The translations under genes were made by a program, and so were the position numbers. Below, one piece after another: positions 53,841 through 64,000 of a stretch of DNA of 64,000 bases; positions within the stretch are counted from its first letter, which is position 1, and each line of letters opens with the position of its first letter. Origin of the DNA: the human T2T-CHM13v2.0 reference genome, Homo sapiens; NCBI RefSeq assembly GCF_009914755.1, contig NC_060926.1; one strand, written 5' to 3'. Under the pieces are notes generated by a model that was given only the letters and a program-made list of their open reading frames with translations, was not told the origin of the DNA and did no database searches.

Positions 53841-54665
53841 GTGACCTCCGTGCAGCATCAATCACTTCGTTCCTTTCTCTGGCTCTCTCTGTCCACCGCA
53901 TGGACCAGCCACCTCCGCCCCCACCCGTTTTCCACACATGGGCCTGCAACTCAGACAACCCCACTCCCTCTTGCTCACCAGGTTTCAATCCAAGCTCCCA
54001 CTGGGGCCTAGGAGTGTAGTTGGTGCAGCTGCCGCGTGCCCACCAGCCTGGCCCTCCCCACTTTGCCTTACCCACAGCCTCAGAACCACCTCTGGCGCCC
54101 CTGGAATGGAGGCCTCCCCTGCATGGATGCTGCCTGCTCTTCCTGGGAGAGTCCTTCTCTCTCGCCTCTGGTCCGAAATAGCACCTGCCATGTCCTTCCT
54201 GGCTGTCTCTCAGCGCTGGTTCCCAGGATGCAAAATTGAACGGGGTGCCTCCCTCTGTGGCCAGCCCTGCCCTGCAGGACCTGGGCAAGTATTGGAAGGC
54301 CCTCGTTTCCCCCAGTCCCTGCCTGCCCTGTGGTGTTAAGTGTAAAGTAAGAGCCAACCCAAAGGCTACTCAAACACATTTGGTGAACAGATTTTAGCTC
54401 ATCCAGTGAAAATCCACTTTTGTAATGTGGATGGTGACCGGTGCCACTGGATGGGAAAATTACAATTCATCGCTGACCGGATTCCCTGGGCCCTGCAGGC
54501 CGACAGGGCCGTGTGGGGGTCAGAGATCGGGCCTCGGGGAGCAGCCTGCACTTCCCATTTCTGCATTTGTCCCCATCGCTCAGCTCATGGTGCGTAATAT
54601 TTTCCCACAGAGTTGAGGACGGGGACTCCCTGGCTGTCTCACTCCCACTGACATAACGATAGTGA

Positions 54666-55030
54666 TGACATGGTTTGGCTGTGTCCCCACCCAAATCTCA
54701 TCTGGAATTGTAGCTCCCATAATTCCCACATGTTGTGGGAGGGACCTGGTGGGAGATAATTAAATCATGAGAGTGGTTTCCCCTATACTGTTCTCATGGT
54801 AGGGAGTAAGTCTCACAAGATCTGATGGTTTTATAGGGGAAACTCCTTTCTCTTGGCTCCCATTCTCTTTTGCCTGCCGCCATGTAAGACATGCCTTTCA
54901 CCTTCTGCCATGATTGTGAGGCCTCCCCAGCCACATGGAACTGTGAGTCCATTAAACCTCTTTTTCTTTATAAAATACCCGGTCTTGACCGGGTATGTCT
55001 TTATTGGCAGCGTGAAAACAGACTAACACA
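54666..55030 (+). mobile_element. THE1 solo LTR
   Basis: tgacatggtttggctgtgtccccacccaaatctcatc...gaggcctccccagccacatggaactgtgagtccattaaacctc...cagcgtgaaaacagactaacaca. Confidence 0.93.
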
Positions 55031-55514
55031 CAGGGAAACTGTTGTTTTCAGAAACGCCCTGTGTTGCAATACCTGGAAGGTGCTTCTCAATACAGACCTT
55101 GTTATTACTCCCGGCTCCCCCAGGGCTGGGCAGCCTGAACCAGGTGCTGGGATCCTGCAGTTATTACAAGAGCAGCTGTGGCTCCAGCCCCAGAACTTCT
55201 CCTGTTCAAGAGCACTCATGAGGGTGCAGGAAGAGAGTGAACAGTGACTGTTGGTCAGGCCAAGCGGAGGTGTGGGCAGCAGATGCCCTGTGCATGCTGA
55301 CTCACACAAGCAGCTTCCGGGCCCCAGGATCTGCCAGGGTCTCTGCTGGCTTTCCTCAGGATGGCAGGGCAGCAGGACATGGTAGAGGCGGCAGTGTCCC
55401 CAGGCAGAGAATGGGCATTGCTCCTGGTGTCTCCTTAAAGGTAAGTGGGGGCAGGGAAATAAACAGGCAGAGCACAGACGCTGTTAGGGCAGGAGGCTGC
55501 TCTGCGTGACACTG

Positions 55515-56154
<640 letters not shown>

Positions 56155-56281
56155 TCAGGAGCAGAGGGGAGGGCTGGGGGCAGTCCGCAGTGGCCACCCC
56201 AGAGACGCTCACCGCACAGCTGTGATTGCAAAATGGTCAAGAACCTGCCAACATGAGCCCATGCACTCTACTTTGCCATCA

Positions 56282-56948
56282 GTTTTTAAAAGCAACATCA
56301 CTGAGCCATAGCTTCTATACCATAAAATACACCCATTTCGAGTATGCAACTCGATGTTTTCAGGAAATTTACAGAATTGCGTAACTACTGCGGTATGATT
56401 TTAGAACATTTCCATCATCTGAAAAGGATGCCTCATGCCCATGGACAGTCACTGCCCGTTCCCCTTCCTCCCAGCCCCTGGCAACCACTCATCTACTTTC
56501 TGTCTTCCTGAATTTGCCAGTTCTGGACATGTCAAGTAACTGGCATCATACACTATGTGCTTTTTGTGGCTGTTGTCAAGGTTCATGTACGCGGTGGCCT
56601 CGATCCCAGCTTCATTCATTTTATGGCCTAATGAGTCTGCCATGTGTATGCACCACAGTCCGCTCATCCAGTCATCAGCTGACGGGTATGTGGGCTGCTC
56701 CCACTTTTTGGCTATTGTGAATAATGTGCTCTGAACATGCATGTACAAGATTCTGTGAGGACATGTGCGTTCAGTGCTCTTGAGCTGATCCTGATTCTAC
56801 TCATTTATTTTTTGAGGAACCACCAAGCTGTTTTCCAAAGCAGCAGGGCCATTTTACACCCCACTGACAACACACAAGGGTTCCAGTTTCTCCACATCCT
56901 TGTCAACGTTGGTTACCATCTACCTTTTTATTACAGCCATTCTGGTGG
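56282..56948 (-). mobile_element. L1MB/ME-type 3' region
   Basis: ataccataaaatacacccattt...cccagcccctggcaaccact...ccactttttggctattgtgaataatg...tttttgaggaaccacca. Confidence 0.8.
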
Positions 56949-57259
56949 AAGCCCGACTTTAATTGTAACAAATTATTTGTAACACACCTCACAGCTGATC
57001 ATGACTGCTCACAGCACCCCAATGTGCCACACTGTCACTGGCTGGGGCCACCGAGCCATGGTTTAAATCCTTGGAGAGCAGCCGCAAATACTCACTGCTG
57101 TGCTTCTGCGGCTCTGTTTGGTTGGTGGCCTTTTCCCTGCATCCCTGACGCCAGGACAGCCTCGGGGATAAGAGAAGGGAGCCCAGTGCTCGGCCGCAAC
57201 CCCAGCACCCCACTCCCCAGCAGTCCCCACTTCTCTTCTCGGACAGCTCCCCCATCTGT

Positions 57260-57345
57260 CAGGGCCTCAGTTTCTCCATCTGCAAATGGGGGTGATAACA
57301 GCATGTAGCTCACAGCACCGTGATATGGAATAAACCTGTAGCGTG
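57260..57345 (+). mobile_element. MIR core remnant
   Basis: gggcctcagtttctccatctgcaaatgggggtgataacagca. Confidence 0.65.
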
Positions 57346-58011
57346 GCAATGGCAGTGCTCTGCCCACTACAGACACCTGCTGTCCAGGCTGGCCGTCCCA
57401 CACCTCCCGCCACTCCGCATGCTGCACAGGCCCCCCTGAGGACAGACCTCACCTGCACTGAGGTGGCCGCTGGCCTGGGCAGCCACCGACACACACGGGG
57501 TTTATGCTTTTGGTCTCCAACTTGTGCAATAGGTCAGTTGCTTCCTGGTTTGTCAGAGGCTGTATGATCAATGGAGAAGCTCTTCTATGTGTGTGAGCTT
57601 CAGGATGCCTCTTCCAGGATGCCCTGGGAGGCGGCTACTTCCAGGGCAGCGTCTCTTCCTGCCCAGTGGGGTCTGCTCCCGGGCAGCTGTGGTTAATCCA
57701 CTGCCATGATCTCTGGATCTCAGTCTCCTCTCTGCCTTTGCATGAGCTGCCCTGGGGGGCTGCAGGGTGGACTTGCGCAGATGCCGGCAGAGGGGACCTG
57801 TGGATCAGTTAAACGGGGGCGGCTAGGAAACGAGGCAGGGGAGGGTGCAGATCCTGGCAGGAGTAAGGAAGTTTCACCCAAACGGCACAGAGAAGACGGC
57901 GCAGCGAATGCACCATCCAGCGAGCATCGGTGCACAAGTGCATGAGCTGAGCAAACATACCCAGCACAGCCAGAGGGTCAGCGGCCCCCGCGGACGGCTT
58001 GGTTCCTGTTT

Positions 58012-58143
58012 AGCCGTTGAGTTGGAGGAAACATTCCTCGGCGGAAAGACGCTGCCTCACGAGGCCCCGCAATGCTCAGCCGTTGGGTTGGGGGAAACAG
58101 TGCTCGGCGGAAAGACGCTGCCTCAGGAGGCCCCACAATGCTC
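58012..58143. repeat. 2-copy direct repeat, period 66 bp, CpG-rich
   Basis: agccgttg(a/g)gttgg(a/g)ggaaaca..ctcggcggaaagacgctgcctca(c/g)gaggcccc(g/a)caatgctc x2. Confidence 0.93.
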
Positions 58144-59172
58144 TCCTTTCGCAGGGCTTAGGCAGACGTAAGCTGGTGGCCCTGAGCGCCCAGGCGTGGG
58201 GAGGATCCTCGGACCCGCGGACAGTCAGGATCCAGCTGCCCGCGTTTCATGCCCCGGGCACTGTCATGATCCTCACTGAGTGGAAAGGGAGGCCTGGGGG
58301 TCTGTCGGGTTCCTGCCTTGGTGAGCCCCAACATGCCAGCCAGTGTCTTCTGGACACTTTCCAAAGAGGTGACTTATTCAAACCAGCCCCAGCAGGGCAC
58401 CTGCTGAAATGCTCCTGGGTTTGTGGGGAGGGCGAGTGGAACTCGCGGAGAGAGAGGGGTAGAACCACAAAGGAGCAAAGCCCACATCTGTCCCAGGAAG
58501 TGAGGCAGCTGCAGTGGAAACAGCTCCCTGGGGGGCCACCCGCGTACTCCAACGTGTCTGCCATTGCTGAAGGCATTTCTGCTTTTGCCACACTTTTTGT
58601 TTGCTTTTGCATTTTTAAGGAGAATCATTTTGGGGGGATAAAGATTATACAAGTTCATTATGAAGGATTTGACCCATGCAGAATATTCAAGAAATGGTGA
58701 GAGGTTATTTGTAATGTCTAAAGTTTCCAAATAGGAAAGGAATTTCTCCACATCGACAAGGAAGGGACAGCTATCCTAGCCAAAGAGAAGGAAAGGATGC
58801 AAACAGGCAATGGAAAGAAGAAATCCAGGGGCTACCAGGCACACGGAAACAGGGCACTACCCACTGGAAGCACAGCTATGCCTGGCCCTGGGGACAGTCA
58901 GAACGCTGATAATCCCAGGTGTGGGAGACGAGGGCCACATGTCCCCTCCTGGAACCGGCTGCAGTGCAGGCCAAGCTTCGATTCCATGGGGCAGCCAGCC
59001 CTACTCAGTCAGGGCTGACCAGGAGAGGCCTGGCAACAAGTCTGCCCAGGCTTGGCAGCTCAGCCCGGGGAAGGGTCATGTCTTGCTCAGGTGTCTGGTG
59101 TGACTTGGGGGTAGGCTCTGCTTCCCACCGCCTCTGAGGAACCCAGGCGGCTGAAAGCTCCACCATCCACAA

Positions 59173-59376
59173 CAGGGGTTGGCAAACTTTCTGTAAAGGG
59201 CTGGAGGGTAAAGACATCACATCCGGCTTTGCAGGCCATACAGCCTCTGTTACAAATACTCAACTCCAGGCAAAACCAGCCACAGATGACACGTCACAGC
59301 TGTGTTCCAATAAAGTTTTATTTACAAAAACAGGTGGTGAGTGGGATGTGGCCCCCGGGCCAGTTTGCCAGCCCTG
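59173..59376 (+). mobile_element. MER58A-like hAT-Charlie MITE
   Basis: TIRs caggggttggcaaact / agtttgccagccctg; internal ctgtgttccaataaagttttatttacaaaaacagg. Confidence 0.88.
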
Positions 59377-60532
59377 AGCTAAAACACTGGCAGTCACTGT
59401 GGCAAGGGAAGAGAGTGTGTGGCATAAGGATCTCACCATAGCTTATCATTGCTTTGGCCCACTAATGACACTGTCACGGCTATTCCCAGCCTGGGGACAG
59501 AATGAGCCACATTGCTGGAAGTACGCTCTGAGTTTCCAGAAGGAGGCAAGGATTGAATATTGATGAACATCAGTAATGCCCAGCACATCCAGCAATGCTA
59601 TTCTTTGATAAATTTCTCCAAGTAAATTTCTACACAGATCCATAAGGAGATATGTGTGTTAAAAGCTAATTTTCAGAAAAAAAGTAAAATCATGACTCTC
59701 ATAGAAATATAAAAAGGAACACATTGGAAATTTAGTCTATTCACTTATCAAGGAAGGTATCAGACAGATGTTATCACCAGTTCAAAACAGAATCCAAAGA
59801 ATAGCCACACTTAGAGATCAGAGATATTTAAATCAATATGCAAGTGAAGGCAAACCGGGCTCTCTCCTGGGGATGGGAGGTATTCACTGGATTTCCACTA
59901 CATAGCACAGAACATTCCCGTCTATATGAATTCTTTTGTACCGCTATCAGTGACCTACAAGGAACAGAGTTATAAGATAGTTCTAAATGATGACAGAGTA
60001 GAATCCAATAACCTTGAGGAGTGTCCTCTAGGCAATGCACAGTTTTCTGTGAACCACAGATATTCTTCTCCATGTGTGAGGTTCTTCCTGCAGCACTGCA
60101 GGCCGTCTGGGTACCTACCACCCAGGAAGGGTAAGCGAAACTGGACAGCAGCAAGGTCACTACAAGGTGCAGAAACAGGCAAGCCAGATGCACCCACGGC
60201 AACAAGGAAGGAGCTTACAGAGGCAGTGTTGAGTGAAAACACACAGGCAATAGACGTATGACCCATAACCATTTACGTTCCTTAAAAATGCAAACACACG
60301 AAACAACACATTATGTCAGAACATATGCAAACAAAAAGATCTCTCAAGCACAGGGAATGCTGGCCTCCCTGGACAAGGGCAATGGGAGTGGCACATAGGG
60401 TAAAGTATCTTCACAAACAGGGACAGACACTTCCCACGCCCGATGATGTGAATGCACCGGGGGCACAGAACTGCGGCTGTTCCACCCTCGGTGTCAGAGG
60501 TTCCTTCCTCGACATCAAAACGACAAAGTTCA

Positions 60533-60830
60533 AGGACGTGGTGGCTCACACCTATAATCCCAGCACTTTGGAAGGCCAAGGCGGGCAGATCACCTGAGGT
60601 CGGGAGTTGGAGACCAGACTGGCCAATATGGTAAAACTCCATCTCTACTAAAAATACAAAAATTAGCTGGGCATGATGGCGCACGTTTGTAATCCCAGCT
60701 TCTCAGGAGGCTGAGGTGGGAAAATGATTGAACCTGAGAGGCGGAGCTTGCAGGGAGCCAAGATCGCACCACTGCACTCCAGCCTGGGCAACAGAGTAAG
60801 ACTCTGTCTCAAAAAAAAAAAAAGAAAAAA
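60533..60830 (+). mobile_element. AluS-like SINE
   Basis: gcgggcagatcacctgaggtc...poly-A. Confidence 0.92.
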
Positions 60831-61317
60831 GGTTCAAGGAAGAAAGGAAAAAAAATTCCAAATTCCTCTCTTCAGAAAAACCATCTACATCAGTGAACAA
60901 CATCCTGATATTTTTATGCCTGTATATCAACAGAAACACAGGTATGCTTTCATGAAATGGGATCTATCAATGCTATTTTAAATTACATTTAATTTATTTT
61001 AATATCAGTTTTCAACATAAGCAAATGAAAGTAAAACTAGTGAATTTTCTGCACCAAAACAGTATGGACCTTAGATTTTAAAATCCTCTGAAATGAGAAA
61101 AACAAATGGATTCTGCATATTGAAAGATCACACCATGTGTGCACAAACTATTTCACTTGGAATCACTTTGGTCTGAACACCAGTGATTCTTTTGCCGGAC
61201 TGCCTTTGTCCACCTTCCTATAAATTAGTTTTACATATACAAAGTTCACAACAGTTTTCATCCCTCTACCACGTTTACCTTTACTTACTGTGGCTGTCTT
61301 CAGCCTTTCCTCTAGGG

Positions 61318-61500
61318 CAGCGGTGTTCACGCGGTAGTGTGCGCTGCAATCACCTTGCTAAACACAGATGCTGCTGGGGCCCACCCACCAGGGCGCCTGA
61401 GCCAGCAGGCCTGGGTGCAGCCTAGACACCTGCATTTCCGACAAGCTCCCAGGTGGAGGCTGGGGCCGCTGGTCCAGGAGCCACACTTGGAGAACGATGG
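61318..61500. mobile_element. MER5-like hAT-Charlie MITE
   Basis: cagcggtgttcac...aatcacc...cctgcatttccgacaagctcccaggtg...ccacacttggagaac. Confidence 0.7.
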
Positions 61501-62413
61501 ATTTCTGTCAATAGCAATTTCAGCCTTGCTATGTCGTTTGTTGCTGTTTGAAATGTATTGGTTTGGTTCTGACACTGTTTCGGTTCTGTTTGCTTCCTGA
61601 GGTCTGACATCTTATTTTCATTTCTTAGTCTTATACGTTGTTGACATTTATTTTATTGAATTCATGTTCTTATCAAACTGTTCTCTTAGGCAAAGCACAG
61701 GAATATTTTTTTTTTCTGTTCACGAGCTGTGCGTCCTCTGCCTTCCGCATGTTTATCTTGCGCATGCTGTGGTCCCTTCTCCAGCACTGAGTCACGGGTT
61801 TCTCTGTGGGACGTTTGCCTGTCACTTGCCCTCCCCTTCCCTGCCTTTCCATTCTCTTCAAGCCCGAGCAGCTCTGACTGGGTCCTCATATGTTTTAACA
61901 CAGCACTGGAGGGGTTTTAACTCTTTCCACAAAACCTGGCAAAGGCTCGTCTTCCCCTCTTAGCCACAGGAAGCCCAGGCAGTTTGTGTTCAGGCCACCT
62001 TCGGGAAGCCTGCAAGGATGGTGGTGGCAGGAGGAGCTCAGCCGAAGTGGAAGAAGGTTCGTTCAAATGCTGAGGCTCTGCTCCTGCTTCTGGAATCCTG
62101 TGAAATGGCCCAGACCAGAGCTGGCTTCACCTCATCACAGGGAGAGTGGTGCATCCAGTCCTGGTCTCAGGCCATGCCCACAGGCCAACGCATCCCTGGA
62201 GCCTCCACTTCTTACGGAGAGTTTCAACTCACAGTTATCTTCCCATGTCTGCCAGAGGCATTGCAAGACTCCCTGTCTCCAGATCCCAAGCACAGAGGCG
62301 GCCTGGGGCTCCGCTTGTGTACCAGTGGGACTCAGGCTTGGTGGCAGGTCAGAGCCACACGAATCTGCCTTCTGCTCTACTCTGAAATCTTTTGCTTATT
62401 TTATTGGCTACTA

Positions 62414-62584
62414 ATTTTTCTTTCTTTTTTTTTGAGATGGGGTCTCACAGTGCCACACAGGCTGGATGGAGTGCAGTGGCGCAATCAGAGCTCACTGCAG
62501 CCCCAATTTCCTGGGCTCAAGTGATCCTCCCGCCTCAGCCTCCCAAAGTGTTGGGATTACAGGCGTGAGCCACTACACCTGGTC
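62414..62584 (-). mobile_element. Alu monomer/partial (FLAM/AluJ-like)
   Basis: Poly-T, gagatggggtctc...gctcactgcagcc...cctgggctcaagtgatcctcccgcctcagcctcccaaagtg. Confidence 0.85.
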
Positions 62585-64000
62585 TTTGGCTACAAATTTT
62601 CAAAGTGTATGGCCTTGTTTGTTTTCTGCTGGGATTATTTTTCTAGTTTTTCCTTTCTATTCTGTTAGGGACTGGGGGCAGGACACTGTGATTCCGCTTA
62701 ATCCTGCTGTCTTTGACATTTTTTTAATGTCCATGAGCAGGGACAAATCTTAGTCTCATAAGAATGTGCCTGATTTGGGAAGCAGGCCTCACTCAGCACC
62801 GACCGCCCCTCCTGGCACAGCACTGGCATCCCCTGGTGTTCCATAAACACAGAGACTGAGAGATGAGCAGACGAGTATGGGCCCTGGATGCTCCCTGCAG
62901 CCCCTCTGCAGAGCTGGACCTGCAGTCCAAGACTCCTTGGGGATGAGGGGTCTAGGGTTTAGTCCCTGTCCCTGGACAGTGATGGAGCTAAAGGCATGGG
63001 GCAGCGTCTGTCCCTTTTATGGGGGGCAGCTGAGGCTGCTGGGGGCAGTGCCTGTCCCGAGATGTCCCCAGACTCAGGTGCTCTGCTCCTTCCTTCCCAT
63101 AAATCCTGGGCCTCCCCTGTGTCCTAAGGGCCTGCGGCCACCTGGCTAGTCCTGTTGCTGGTCCTCCTCCAGGTGCAGGGCACCGGTGCCCGCACAATGA
63201 GCCACCCTGCCCCTGACCACTGCAGCCAGGCCCCTGAGAGGAGGCACATGACTCAGCCCACCCCCTCCTGGCATTGTTATCCTCCTGCCAAGATCCTGAG
63301 GCCATGCCAGAAAGGACCTGGGGCCAGCCTAGACCTTTCCATCATTTCACGTAGGCAGCAGCCTTGCCAAAGTCCCCGGGGGCAGAGCGGCTGTTTGGGT
63401 CTGGCGTCTGCTCCAGCCTGGCGTCCCCCATGCTAAGTGTGGCCCCAGGGCCAGCGCCGCAGGCTGAGATCCCAAGGCTGCATCTCTGGCTCGGACCTCT
63501 GGTCACGGCTCAGGCTGGGTGCCTGGCTGGCCACCTCCCCTCACAGTGCTGTCAGACTCTCAGTGAGCTCATGGCGGGAAATGATTACCTTTCCATGTGA
63601 ATTCAGGCCGGGTCTGGACAAGTGAGGAGGTGCACTTTCCTCCACATCTGTTTGAAAGTGATTTTCTTCATGGAACTGGCAGCGCGGATCAAGAAAAATG
63701 ACTCAGAACCGACAAAAACTCCAGGTCTTCCAAGGAAACAAAATCAAACACCAGTGTGCCTAATGGAAGCCTCTGGCAGCCTGGAGAGTGCAGCTCGACA
63801 GCCCCTGGTGGTCCCAGGGCCTCTGCTCGCTCGTTAGCCAGGGTTTCCAGCTCAAGGAGCAAGCTCTGTCCACGCCCAGAGCCACCTGCCCCTGTCCCCA
63901 GAGCCTTGGGGCCATAGTAACTTTGGAGGAAACTGGTCCCCAAAGCTCGGCCAACCCGCCACCATCCGCAATAGAAGGCAAAGGCTGCAGGACCACCCTA

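Overview
This is eukaryotic, primate (human-like) genomic DNA. Alu (AluJ/S/Y, FLAM), L1PA/L1M, MaLR/ERV LTRs, Tigger/MER DNA-transposon fossils and MIR/L2 remnants lie in a GC-rich, CpG-depleted background with several large minisatellites, a pattern typical of distal chromosome bands. I cannot support any host protein-coding exon, RNA gene or CRISPR-like system. The long ORFs in the track are L1 ORF1/ORF2 relics, Tigger1 relics, Alu read-throughs or stop-free frames through tandem repeats. I cannot name the locus. The main things worth a second look are: (1) an old local duplication of about 220 bp whose two copies were each split, within about 20 bp of the same point, by different retrotransposons (Alu vs L1PA); (2) two separate 2-copy tandem duplications 7.4 kb apart, in inverted orientation, sharing a 28-bp motif with core GGAAAGACGCTG; (3) a 2.25-kb modular CA/TG array; (4) a near-abutting inverted Alu pair; (5) an LTR12-type CCAAT-array promoter pointing leftwards; (6) a three-layer L1>Tigger3b>THE1 nest. 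I did not find a clearly new biological system. Repeat subfamily names come from my recollection of consensus sequences and need RepeatMasker/Dfam confirmation. Boundaries of old elements are approximate.
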